From contig CAYWBW010000004.1 in assembly GCA_964456745.1 (NCBI GenBank), positions 39,483-103,482 on the forward strand: DNA of 64,000 nucleotides, in the 5' to 3' direction. This stretch comes from an uncultured Candidatus Peribacteria bacterium. GTDB lineage: Bacteria > Patescibacteriota > Gracilibacteria > GCA-2401425 > JAJOLG01. The number at the start of each line of letters is the position of its first letter. Position 1 is the first letter of the stretch. Shown here in pieces: positions 24,342 to 36,422 of the stretch. The position numbers were made by a program, and so were the translations under genes. The notes under the pieces were generated by a model. That model did not search any database, was not told the origin of the DNA, and worked only from the letters and a program-made list of their open reading frames with translations.

Positions 24342-25175
24342 TTAGCACTTCAAAAAACAGCCCTTTCATATAAACTTAATATTATCACGATCAAACTCCT
24401 TTCTATACCAATATTCTTCTGCTGTTCTAATCCTAATCCCAACAACAACTCATGGAGGCATTAATGTTCATGGATTCATTCAATCTTCCATATCGTCATA
24501 ATATCAAACAACCTCTCATTCTCATATTTCACATTTTTCATGCTCTAAAAATTCAGGTATTGACAACTTAATTCACATAACCATTAAGACATCAAGTAAA
24601 TCTAAGACAGCATCTTCACGTGCATACATATTATTCGGATGATATGACCAGTAAAAAATTCAATAAATTCTTTTAACTCATTGTTTAATTTTATCTAAAT
24701 CATCATCACTAAAATCACTAACAAAAAAATTATACATAATATCTCATTGTCTGTATCAAAATAAATAGTTCATTGAATATTCTCACACCTTCTCCATATT
24801 TTGAGCACTATCTACAATAGTTTTCCTTGCCATATCCTTAAATTCATAGAATATTTCGTAAAATATATGAGCTAAAAAATAGCTTTCTGACACAAGATCT
24901 CAGCCTCAAATAAATCTTAAAATAGATTCATATATAAAACGTTCAATTAATTTAGTATCAATTTGTCAATTAATTGTAGCATCTGTAAACACTCTATCTC
25001 TCAAGGATAACAATCTTTTTCTTTCTTCATTATAAACACGGTCCCAGGCTTGCAACTTAGGACTTTCTGCGAACTGTCTATCAAGTCTTTGAACAACAGA
25101 TTCAACATTAACAACAGCCTGATTATCAGGTGGGATATTATCAATTGGATTCCATATACTTATATCTTTTTCCAT
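24342..25175 (-). CDS. hypothetical protein (277 aa)
   Basis: 834-nt ORF, uninterrupted with TGA=Gly; extends the 73-aa standard ORF at 24966-25187. No recognisable motif. Confidence 0.55.
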
Positions 25176-25283
25176 ACTAATTAACAAAAAATGCTTTTAG
25201 TAAAGTACTTTAAATATTATTTGTAAATTTGCAAGCAGATAGATAATCTTTTATTACTATCTTTGTAATTTAAATATACTTTC

Positions 25284-26105
25284 CTACCTTTGTTTGCCGA
25301 ATATATAAAGCAAAAAAGACAGTGATCAAAAATATGTAACAATCTCAATCAATGAAGGATTTCCATTATATCAAAACAATCATTTAAAAAATTCTCAAAT
25401 TACTCAATTCTCATGTAACAATGGATAAACTCACTCACTTACTATAGATGGATTGATATCCCAAACATGCTCTATAATAATAGGAACTATTCACAATTCT
25501 TGTAATTCATGTATTCAATGAGCAAATAATCACGCTGCAAAAAAAATCAAAAGAAGGCTTGCAAAATTAAAAAACTTAACCAAAGGAATTGATTTAATTT
25601 TCTTATAAAAAAGTAATGCCAAAAAACCTGCAATAATTATTCATAGTACTCATCAAATTAGCACACTTTGTCAATTTGATTGCAAAACTGCGGAATTTAA
25701 AAATAACACAGTTTCAATTCATTCTCTTGTAACTCATATAAAACTTAAGAAAAAAAGTCATACAATATGATTATTGCTAATATGTTTTTGCACCTTATCT
25801 TCTATTTGTTTCTTGAGGCTATTTTTTTGATTTATCATCCATATTATCATCCATGAAAGAAGTCATCATGTAGCTAACATAAAAACTCACTCATAAAGCT
25901 GCTCCTTGCTTCAGCTGAATCATCAAAGATATTTTTCAAAAATTAAAGCTAAAAATAGGCTAAATAAAATTCAAATTCAAGCTCAATAATAAATAAACTT
26001 GCTAAGTTTTTCATTTTTTGTTTTTACTAAATAACTAATAATAATTGCGATTATCAGTAAGGCTTCCAAACTTTCTCTAAGAGTGATTATTATAGCTAAG
26101 ATCAT
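25284..26105 (-). CDS. FTR1/EfeU-family high-affinity iron permease (273 aa)
   Basis: Polytopic membrane protein with two REXXE motifs (RESLE near the N-terminus, REGIE mid-protein). Confidence 0.75.
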
Positions 26106-26125
26106 TATATATTATAAATTAGTAA

Positions 26126-26893
26126 TTATTCTATTCAAAAAACTACATTAATATTTGCAATAACTTCTAATTCTCAAGCAGGAATCGAAGAACCTCATCA
26201 AGCTGAAGATGATTCTGCCATATCCATTCTTGCAACATTGCTAAACATTGGTGGATTGTAATTTACACGAGATTCAGAGATAGTAATTGGTTTTAATAAT
26301 TTTAAACCTCAGAGTTTTGCAAGTTCTATAGCTTTTTGTTTAGCTTTTTCAAAAGCCTTTTCTCTTGCTTTAGTAAATAACCCTTTCTTGTTTTCGATAT
26401 CAAAATTAATTGAATTTAATTCAAGTCAATTAATTTCTCAAAGTGTATCTATAATACTAGACACCCTATCTTTGTCCTTATCAATTTCAGTAATTTTAAT
26501 ATTTAAATTTTGCCTAACTCTTTGTCATATAAGCTGTCTACCATTTTCTTTTGTCCATTCGTGTTCAGGATTTATTGATAAATTATTAGTTTGAATGTCG
26601 CTATCAGGTATGTCATAAGCCTTTAAAGCTTCTAATATTTTATTTAATTTTATATTTGCATTGATCTGTGCTTCTTTAGTTGTTTTTGCAAGTTCAGAAA
26701 TTCAAGCCCTTATTCTTACAATGTCAGGGTTTGCCATTGCTTTTCATTCTCATGACACAGTTAAAGAATTTTGCACCTGGCCAGAAACAGTTCATGTATT
26801 TTTTATAGAAATTCATGTGTTTTGTAAATTCCAAGATAATCAGAAAATAGTTAAACATATTATAATTGTGGAGCTTATTATTTGTATATTCAT
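26126..26893 (-). CDS. SIMPL/DUF541 periplasmic protein (255 aa)
   Basis: N-terminal anchor. Has IQTNNLSINPEHEW...QRVRQNLNIKI and KAREKAFEKAKQKAIELAKLGGLKL, typical of SIMPL-domain (26-kDa immunogenic protein-like) proteins. Confidence 0.7.
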
Positions 26894-27030
26894 AATATTT
26901 TTGTTAAAGTTTAAGTTTAATTTAAAATTTAGCTAAATCATAATACAAAACATAATTAATTTAACAATTACTTTATTAATTTTAAAAACCTGAGTTAAAT
27001 AATAATATATAAATAATTCTAAATAAAAAT

Positions 27031-27696
27031 TTATCAAAAAATTTCAATCGCTCAAGTAAGCCCATCTATCTTAATTCTTCATGATTTTTTCAATGTATCC
27101 ATAGCCCTAGTTACAGTAACACGATTCAATCAAGTTATAAGTGCAAGTTTTTCATGTGTAACATTTAATGGTAAATCAAACATCTTTCAAAAAAAGTTTT
27201 TTGATTTTTTTTCTTTTAATCTTTTGAGCTCATATATTACTCTATCATCAGCGCTACTTCAATTTATTTCAATTTTATGTTCATAATCTTTGATTCTAGA
27301 AGCCATTTTTTGCATCAACTTAAGCATTAATTCAGGATGAGCTGAAATAATTTTAAGAAACTCATTAAGAGGAGTAATACACAAATAACTATCTCTTATA
27401 CATCATGCACTATGTGTAGGTTTTGGCTTTTCAATTTCAAAATTTCAAAAAACAGATCATGGAGTTAGTATATCAAAAACAATCTTTTTTCAATCTTTAA
27501 CATGATAAAGTTCAATTTCTCATTTTTTAAGTACATAAATATTCTGATCATCATTATCTGGTCAATAAATAATTTCAGAGGCTAAGTGTGTTCTATCTGT
27601 AGAATTTTCCGCAATACGGACATGTTCCTGTTCTGATATTCAACTATAAATATCTAAATTCTTAAGAAAATAAGCCTTTTGATTGTTTGTTCCCAT
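27031..27696 (-). CDS. Crp/Fnr-family transcriptional regulator (221 aa)
   Basis: cNMP-binding-like beta-barrel (YVLKKGEIELY...GSVFG) followed by C-terminal HTH THEKLALITGLNRVTVTRAMDTLKKSG. Confidence 0.75.
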
Positions 27697-27754
27697 ATTA
27701 TTTATTAATTCTTCTATACACATATTACTAATAGTTAATTTTAAATATAGCTTA

Positions 27755-28486
27755 TTATTCTTTTATTCTATTTAAAATATCTTGTTCTAAGATACTAGTA
27801 ATTTCAGTAAAGCCAGTATTTATAATTAATCATTCAATTTTTTTATCAAATCAAATAATTATAGAAATTCATACAATTATAAATAATATTCATAATCATT
27901 TCTTAAACATGGAATTTGGATTAGAAATCCATTTTAATCTTATTATTATTTTTTGTCCGAAGTATGCTATAAGCAACATCATTAAAGAAAGTCCCAATGA
28001 GTAAAGCAATAAATTCAATATTCACACATAAAAGCTTGCTGGTAATACTATTGCAAGTATAAGTGCAAAAGTCGGAGAACAACTACTAAATACTGGTCAC
28101 AAAGCTGCTCATGTTAGTATTGCGCCCAAGACTCACCTTTCCTTTCATTTGGTTTCAAGAAAAGTTTGTGAGCTATGAGTCAGAGAAAAGTATAAAGATA
28201 TCTGTTTCCATAAATCAGGTAACAAAGTAAATATTCATATGATTATTATCAATCATCAAGAAACTAATTTCCAAAATAATGGATCAATATCTATCAAAAT
28301 AGTGCTAACTTTCAAAATCAATGTGAAAAACACAATTGATAATGCCAAGCTGCTCGTAATTAAAAATGGCCTTTTTATTCACTTCTCTTGCACACTTCAG
28401 CCAATTATTATTGGCAGAAGGGGCAAGACGCAAGGAGCTAAAATTGTTAAAATGCCTGCTAAAAAAGATGCTAAAAGTAATTCCAT
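27755..28486 (-). CDS. ccdA: CcdA/DsbD-family transmembrane thiol-disulfide electron transporter (243 aa)
   Basis: Has LAPCVLPLLP in TM1 and a second conserved Cys region PVFSSCSP. Six or more hydrophobic helices. Confidence 0.8.
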
Positions 28487-28487
28487 A

Positions 28488-29285
28488 TTATTTTAAAGCT
28501 AAATATTTACTAATTTTCTGAATTGACGGATTAACAAGTTTTGATATTTCATTTCAGTTTTTATCTACAAATACTAATGTTGTTTGTGACATAACTCAAT
28601 ATTTTTTTCTTAAAGCAATTTCTTTATCAAAATTTACATTATATATAATTGAATTATCTGGAAAAAAGCTTAAATTATTTTTAATATTTTTCTCTAAAGC
28701 AACACATACATGACACCAATTTGCATGGAAAAACAGTGCCGTTTTTTTGTTCTCAGAAAGTCAATTACCAAACTTCGATGGATCATAAGAAGCATATTGA
28801 GCAGGAGAATTTGAATAAGATACTTCACCTATTCACATATCTCAGTCATGATCTCACATCATATCCATCATTTCTTTCATCATTGCCTTTACTTTTCAAA
28901 GCTCATTTGAGCTAAGCGTTTTTCAATTAATAATATGTGCTGGAGTATTCATTTCATTGCATACTATTACTGTTATATTATTTGTGGGAGAATACATCCA
29001 ATCCTCAGGTCACATTCATACAATATTTTCATTACTTCATTTTGCTGCCGTTTTAAATGTTTTAAGATCTGGAAACAGCTTCATTATTTCTTTCATTCCA
29101 TCTTTAGGCATATCATGAATCAATTCCTCAGCAATCTCAAGTTTTGAGCCCAATGCTATAGATTGTGACTTTGAAACTTGTGAATTTGATGAATTTGTCA
29201 AACTTGCCTGATCTCAATTGCCACAAGAAGCAAGTAGAAAACTAAGGGTTAGTAAAAGTCCAATAGTGTTTAGTGTTTTTTTCAT
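28488..29285 (-). CDS. thioredoxin-fold lipoprotein (265 aa)
   Basis: Lipobox LLASC. C-terminal thioredoxin-like domain with ALFFHANWCHVC (WCxxC). Its stop lies 1 nt before the ccdA start. Confidence 0.7.
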
Positions 29286-29303
29286 AATATATTTGGTTAA
29301 ATA

Positions 29304-29332
29304 ATAAAAAAAGCTGATATATTATATCAGCT
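29304..29332 (-). terminator. rho-independent terminator candidate (minus strand)
   Basis: Perfect palindrome AGCTGATATA-T-TATATCAGCT (29312-29332), preceded on the + strand by an A-run (a T-run on the minus strand). Lies 51 nt downstream of the TVP38 gene stop. Confidence 0.5.
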
Positions 29333-29382
29333 ACCTTAAGAGCTAAAAAGCAATGTATGTAGTCTATGCTACATCTAAAAAA

Positions 29383-30063
29383 TTATTGTTTATAATTAAG
29401 TTTACAATAATTCTTATTTTTCAAATACTTAGAAAGTAATATTCAAAATACAAAAAATATTCATGCAAAAATTAAATTTCTTGGGTCTGTAAAACTTGCT
29501 CAAAGTACAACAAAAGTTATAAGTCATGGCAAAATTCAAATAAAAGTTCAAAGAGCAAATTCCCTCTGGCTTACATTACACGCACCTGACATATATCAAA
29601 CCAAATCAAAAGGAAAAAATATAAGCCTCATAGTTAATACTGCAATAAATCAATTTTCTTTAAATTTACAATCAGCAAATTTAAATATACTCCCTTTTGT
29701 TGCCATTTTTTCTAGAAATTCCTTTCAAAAATATCTTCATGTTACAAATGAAACATTTGCACTTATATTTTCTCAAACAATAGTGTACAAAACTCATAGT
29801 ACAGGTCCAAAAATTAATCCTGATACCATAGTAAGAAGTGTTGCTGGAAAAAATACCAAAGGTCTTATGGCATAAATAACAATATAAACAATTGGTCCAA
29901 TTATTCAAAAAGAAGCAATAAATTCTTTAATCATCTCTGGATACTGAACTAGTGGGACTCATAATTTATCAAAAAATGCAAAAGCTAGAGTTATCACAAG
30001 TATCCAAACAAGGAGAAGAGTTTGCTTTCTAAAAATTGGTTTAAGGCTAATGATTTTTGACAT
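29383..30063 (-). CDS. TVP38/TMEM64 (DedA/SNARE-associated) family membrane protein (226 aa)
   Basis: Has RPLVFFPATLLTMVSGLIFGP..G...GENISANVSFVTGRYFG and RLIFFPFDLVGYMSG. Confidence 0.75.
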
Positions 30064-30449
30064 AATTATTTGTTAAAATATAAATTTTATAAATTCAGCT
30101 TCAAAGTTTGATAAAGTAGAAATTATTATTTTAGCTACAACAACTTTATCATCATTCCAAACAGTTCATGCTCATATTTCGGCTATATCATAGTTACTTG
30201 TCATGTAAATTATGTTTAAGATGATTTATTATAACTATTTCATGTTAAATATATCTGAAAAAATATCAATTCTCTGAAGTAGCCTAAGCTACATTGAAAT
30301 AAGTATTCACATAAGTAAATTCAATCTGTCAATATTTGAATTATTGACATTATACTATTTTAATTCAGTATTAAATACTAATTTTTTTTAATTTTTTTAT
30401 AAATTTGAAAAAAGGAATAAAAATGCAAATAATCAATTAAAATTGTAAA

Positions 30450-31694
30450 ATGAAATTACATGAAAGCAAACGCGCTGAAAGGTCTTCACATATTGAAAAT
30501 ATTAGAAATTGAAGTGATGATTTTGACAAATTAACTGTTGAGCGCATGATAGCTGCAGAGGCGTTTTTAAATCGCATGAAGCCAAGTGTATTTTTATTAA
30601 ATAGTAATTGAAGTTTTATTTGGCATCATATATGACTTGATATAATAGAACAATCTAGAAACATAAAGAGTGTTAGAGGTTTGCTAAGGTCACTTTATAT
30701 CACAAGAACAGATGAAGATACTGCACTTAATTATATAAAACAATGAAAGAATAATACCAACAATTATGCAATTATAATTAAATCTAATGATGGTAGATCA
30801 TTTTCAATAAATTCAGTACAAAGACCTGATTGAAATATTCAATTTACAATTAAAGAAGAATCAAAAATAACAAATTTTGATCAAGCAAATGCAAATCATG
30901 CAAAAAAAATATTAGTATTAATAGATCGTAGAAAAACAAAAATATTAAATCTTTTAAAAATCTATGACACAGCTCAAGATAAAAATTCGTTAATACCATG
31001 AATATGGACAGAAATTTGAAAATTCAGAAGAGAAATAGAGAGAATTAAAAATCTTCCAATATTTTATAATCAATTTAACAATATTAAAAACATAGAAAAA
31101 GAAGCTAAATTTGATTGGCAAGAAAGATTATTACTCTGAACTAATATCCTAAATTGAACAAAGCAACTAGATCAAAATGAGAGAAATACATATGCAAATA
31201 TGTTAGATTTCTTAAATTATGCTATTCCAATATTCTTATTTTCTCCTGAATGAAGAATTGTTCATGTCTTAAGTGGTAAAACCCCATATGTACACTCCAA
31301 CCTTGCTGAATATTTTACTAGACAATTTGCTCTCACATGAGCAAAATGACAAAAAATTATAGATGACATTAATTATAAATTAAATGATCCAAATGTTGAC
31401 CAATTTATAGTAAAAATAAATACAAAAGTTTTGTCAATTTCTTGTATGAATGATATTAGTCAATGAAAATCAAATTGAAAGCGATGATTCCAAGCAACCT
31501 TAACTCCATTTAAATTAGATTGAATTCATAATATGATAAATTGAAAAACAGTCGATAACTTTATAAAAACATACTTAAAGTCAAAATTCTGAAATAGAAC
31601 CAGAAACCATAAAAATGATTTAAAAACATCAGTAAATAAATTCTATACATTAATCTCAGCCCTAGAAACAATGGCACGTAATACACAATTATAG
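30450..31694 (+). CDS. hypothetical protein (414 aa); intact copy of a locally duplicated family
   Basis: 1245-nt ORF with TGA=Gly. No known motif. Its codons from about 105 onward have a decayed paralog at 34478-35694. Confidence 0.6.
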
Positions 31695-31851
31695 TGTTAA
31701 TAGTGCAATATTATAATATCATTTCTCAATGATATTTTATAAACACAATCTATATAATATATATTATTATTCATTTGTTTAAATTTTAAATTATTTCTTG
31801 ACTTTTCAAGTAATTCTGATACAATAATATTAATAAAAATAAAAAACAAAT

Positions 31852-32421
31852 ATGGAAATCTCTTCAAGGTTAATTGAAAAAATCAAACGAAATTTTGATG
31901 ACGTAAGTTTCATGTCTTTAATATTTATCTGATTCGCTATTTTATTATTTAGTTCTATAAGTGAAGAAAAGCATAAAATTAATGAAATAATACTCAAAGA
32001 AGAAATTGGAATTCAAAGACAAGCTTTTGACTATTTTAATTGAAAAGACCAAAATCAAGCAAATATAATAAATTTTGCAAAAACAATAAAGGATGTTGAA
32101 TCAATAATTGTTTTAGATATAAATTGAAATGTAGTATTTTCAAATCCAAAAGATGAGATAGAAAGCGTGCACTCATCACCATACTCAGCAAGCATCATCA
32201 ATACCAAATCATGATATAATAATAAAACTTGACAATTACTTGCACTGGACTTCAACAAAAGTTCTAATAAAATAATAGTAAGAAAACAATTATCTAACCA
32301 TTATAAAAAAGAAATAATAACTCAACATTTTTCAATACTCTTTCTTGTAATATTTTTAATTACAACTATATATATATCATATAATACATTTTTTATTAAA
32401 AGATTAATTATAAGCAAATAA
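31852..32421 (+). CDS. two-TM membrane protein with about 110-aa extracytoplasmic loop (189 aa)
   Basis: 570-nt ORF with hydrophobic segments MSLIFIGFAILLFSS and FSILFLVIFLITTIYISY. The loop contains IIVLDINGNVVFSNP, reminiscent of small sensor (Cache/PAS-like) folds. Confidence 0.5.
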
Positions 32422-32425
32422 CATC

Positions 32426-33259
32426 ATGGTAACAACATTTTTCGATTACGCAACATATTGGCCAGCATTTCCAATATGAGTACTAATAGCTACTACAGCC
32501 ATGGCAACTGGTATAGACTGAGCAATATTTTGGGCCCCAGTGCTAATTTTTTGATTTGGACTTCCGCCCGAAATAGCAATTGCATGTTGAATTTTTATTG
32601 AAATCTTCGGGTTTTGATCATGAGTTTATTCATACATATTAAGATGAAAAATTTTATTTAAAGAAGTAATGCCACTTTTGATTTATGCCATTTGATTTTG
32701 ACTTTTGTGAGCGATAGCCTCAAAACTTGCTCCAAAGGCATTGATGTATTTCTTACTAGCCAGTAGTACATTATTTCTTGCTTACAATAATTTTAAAAGA
32801 TGCAGTAAAAAAAATAAAAAAGAAGAAGACAAACAATTATCTGATATTGAATTTCCAACAATTAAATACTTATGATTATGAAAAGTACTAAATTCAATTT
32901 GATGATTCTTAACTTGAATAATATGAGTATGACTTTGAGAAGTAAATAACTACTTTTTTCTTGAAAAAAATAAATTATCTATCCCATACGCATCTTGAAA
33001 CTCTGTTTTTCTAATAGCATTTACAGCCTTTGTATGCTCAATATTTAATATATTTTGGTTTTGATCACATCCTGGAGAAAATGATTTTATAAAAATTTAT
33101 AGCATTATCATATTCGCTGTTCCTTCAGTAGTAATTTGAGCAAGACTAGGAAGTATTCTTGCACATAAAATTAACCCGAAAGTATTTTATTTTACTGTAT
33201 GAGTTCTTTTCTTATGAATATGCATATTAAATCTATATCATACATATATTCTTTTATAG
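32426..33259 (+). CDS. TauE/SafE (DUF81) family anion exporter (277 aa)
   Basis: Starts 4 nt after the preceding stop. Polytopic with two similar halves, GIDGAIFWAPVL and repeated G-rich helices, as in TauE/SafE. Confidence 0.7.
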
Positions 33260-33283
33260 AAGAAAACACATATGAAACTTAAA

Positions 33284-34324
33284 CTATACAGCTTTTCCAT
33301 GATACTGTTGTAACATGCTTTCAGCTTCTTTAAGACTCTGTACAGGTATACTTCTATAACATTGCTCAAAAGCATCAACCAAAAGAGGTTTAAAACGTCT
33401 TCATCTATCATTTTGCATAAATCACATAACAACATCAGGATCATGCTTTTTAGATCTATAAGGTCTCACTGAAGTTAAAGCATCATAATAATCCACTAAA
33501 GATATTATTTGTGCCTCAAGGTGAATATCATCACCTTTTTTTGACAATGGATATCAAGTTCCATCCCATTGTTCATGATGTCATAAAACTATATTTAAAG
33601 CAACTGCTGACAAGTTTTTTAATGAATACAATAAATTATATCAGTTTATAACATGTCACTGCTTCATTGCATATGATTCAATTTCAGTAAGTTCATCTCA
33701 ACTATATAATATAGATCCTGGAACATCTATCTTTCAAATATCATGTAACGGACTTGCTATAATAACCTCATTAATAAATGCTTCGTCAACCAAACCCCGT
33801 CTTACAAGCTCTGCTCAAAAAATCCTTGTTCACTCCTTAACTCTGATTAGGTGCGGACCAGTATATTTTTTTCAAGTTTCTTCTACTGAAAGAGAAGCTA
33901 AGAAGTTAATGAGCTGATCACTTCTTAAATTTAAAGCATTTAGTCAAATCTTAAGTCATTCAGATCATCTAAGTTCGATAACTTGTCACTGATATCAAAA
34001 ATCAGATATAGTTCACATTAATTGAAATGCAATTTGAGTATTAGTATCAACAAAGATTCATACTATATCACTATTACTATGGGTCAATTTTCATCAGGAT
34101 GCATTAATAGATTCAATAAAATTTACTCAAGTAATATTTAAACGTTTATCAAGGACTTCCTGAATACTTCTTCATATTTCATTAGATCAAAACACCTTTT
34201 CCCACTGCTCATTCACAGCAGTAATTAGTCAATTTTTATCTGTCCAAAAAAAAGGATTTGCGATAATACCAGTCCTCTCTTTATATTCTTCCAATGTAGG
34301 TTCATGAAGTTTTGAAATCATCAT
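33284..34324 (-). CDS. PAS-like + HD-GYP domain protein (putative cyclic-di-GMP phosphodiesterase), 346 aa
   Basis: Has HLIRV..., ASPLHDIGKIDVP and GHHEQWDGTGYP (HHExxDGxGYP), then DYYDALTSVRPYR. Confidence 0.8.
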
Positions 34325-34477
34325 TTAAATATTATTTAGTACCGAGTCTAAGTTATTTTTTATAACAAATTAATGCAATTTAGATAACATTCAATTGTGC
34401 AAATGTTTAATATATGTTCTTTTATAGTTTTATTATAAACATATATATTGTTAGCCAATTTAAGCAACAAAGCTAAT

Positions 34478-35043
34478 AATGACCTCTTGCTATTTAATTT
34501 ATCTCACTGATCATTTTCATTAAACTCAATAAGAGACCCGATTGAAACATTCAGCTAACAATTAAAGAAGAATCTAAAGTCGTACATTTTGAAGAAGAAA
34601 ACCAAAAACATGCAGAAAAAGTACTAGAATTTATTAAAGAAAGTAGATTGAGTTAAATCAGCAGGAAATTACAGGCCGCGAAATTTAGCCCAAATGTTAG
34701 AGTTTTTCAATAACGCAATACCAATATTCATGATAAGTCCTGAGTGAAAAGAAGTATTTGTTTTTAGCTGAGAAAACAAATGACGTTTTAATAGTTTTGA
34801 TATTTTTTTTGATACACATTTTTAACACTCAGTTGAATGAATCGAAAAATCTAAAACATTACTTTTAAGAACACTGCAAAGTAGAATACATGACCTAGTA
34901 CCAATGAATATTTGAAAGCAAGCTTTTTCTATTGCATCTATGAGCAATATTGCTGAAGAAAATTGATACCAAGCTACATTTACTAGACTATGAAAAACCA
35001 AGAAGGCTTTTACACACAATCATCTTGAAGTGCTAATGATTTG
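34478..35043 (+). pseudogene. decayed, 5'-truncated paralog of the 30450-31694 gene (frameshifts, in-frame stops, internal deletion)
   Basis: GSFSLNSIRD / PDGNIQLTIKEESKVVHFEEENQKHAEKVLEFI aligns with RSFSINSVQRPDGNIQFTIKEESKITNFDQANANHAKKILVLI of the intact copy, but needs a +1 shift and hits TAA/TAG. NLAQMLEFFNNAIPIFMISPEGKEVFVFSG aligns with NMLDFLNYAIPIFLFSPEGRIVHVLSG and then meets TAA at 34823-34825. Confidence 0.55.
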
Positions 35044-35694
35044 ATGCAAGATTTTCTAGAAAAACATAAGAACACTGATTACACATGAGCACCTAACAAG
35101 CAAAAGATTTTAACAACTTTAGTAAATGATTATCGCATATTTATTGAATCTATTATTTCTATGACTAGCAATGACTATGAAGATGATAAGATATTTAAAA
35201 ATAATGTTTGAAATGAAAAAAAGAAAGTTCCAAATCAAACAGCTAAAATTAACAAAACAACAAGGAGTAATCAAGTAGAGCATAAAATGGATAGACTTGT
35301 AAACGCAAGAATATCGTTCAATTTTAGAAAATCGATAATAAAACATATTAATATTACCAAGCAAATAGCAAGAAGTTTTAAACAAAAATGAATTAGGAAT
35401 GATAATTCTCAAGATAATATCTATTTCAGGAACGCAAACTATTTTTTAAAAACCATGGAAGATATCATGTTTATATTTAAACGTTATAACCATGGTAAAT
35501 TGCCGAGGTCTGAATTTGAAATCATGCAAAACTTTCTCCTTAATATAAAACTTGTTATTGACGAAATAATTGATTTGTACATTAGACCACAAAATGACTA
35601 CTCACCTGATAATTTAGAAAGATTTAATGAAATTTTGCTCACATTTAGCACAATTATTAATCAATATGAAGAACGCAAATTATCAGGAAAGTAA
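34990..35694 (+). CDS. ORF (234 aa): C-terminal remnant of the decayed paralog plus a unique about 170-aa extension; may or may not be expressed
   Basis: ATG 34990 to TAA 35692-35694, in a third frame. KQKILTTLVNDYRIFIESIISMTSN aligns with KNDLKTSVNKFYTLISALETMARN at the end of the 30450-31694 product. Contains the 79-aa standard ORF at 35455-35694. Confidence 0.35.
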
Positions 35695-35862
35695 TTGTAT
35701 CTTCTTTATTAATTTAACAAATGTTTATTAGCACAGTTTATAAATAAAAACATTATTTAAATATCATAATCTTAAGCCATTACTCAAATCATGCCATAAT
35801 AGGCTTGAGAATAAGTATCATTGAAGCACCTTGTATATTTACAAGTTTTTTGCTATAATATT

Positions 35863-36249
35863 ATGAACAAAAAAACAAATATGGATAAAATTGTAAACAG
35901 CTTTATTAAAAATCATACCCTATTTATGTGGATATTAATATTTTCTGTAATAATTTTTTGATCAAATGCATTTCATGAAATTGAATGATGGTCATATCTT
36001 GATTCACTATATTTTATTATATCTACGGTGACTACTGTATGATATTGAGACTTTGTTCCAACACAAAACTCAACAAAGATTTTAACAATGCTGTTTTCAA
36101 TATCTGTAATTCCACTACTTTTCTACTTATGGCCAAAATTTCTGGATAAATCTATGACCAAAAAGATCGATTCGCTTAGGGAAAAATTAAATAAAGATAT
36201 AAAGAAAGTTGAAGAAAACGTCCAAATCGATCTTGAAATGAAAAAATAG
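35863..36249 (+). CDS. minimal two-TM potassium channel (128 aa)
   Basis: Has TM1, pore helix, selectivity filter TVGYGD and TM2, followed by a charged coiled tail. An alternative start ATG at 35881 is possible. Confidence 0.75.
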
Positions 36250-36422
36250 AGACAAATAATTATTCGTATAAACATAATATATTAAATTTAATCCTCAAGT
36301 TTTCGTAATATATCTAAAAGTTGATAGTTTCTACAAACAATTGCTTGCCAATAATTCTTTACTAATTAATATATAGTAAATAATAATAAGACGTGGAACA
36401 AAATAGACAAAATTCACATTTA

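Noticed and set aside
30073-30204. 43-codon minus-strand ORF (MTSNYDIAEIGAGTVWNDDKVVVAKIIISTLSNFEAEFIKFIF) in the 386-nt gap upstream of 30450
   Set aside because: It is too short, has no motif and no convincing ribosome-binding site, and could arise by chance. Left uncalled pending conservation or expression evidence.
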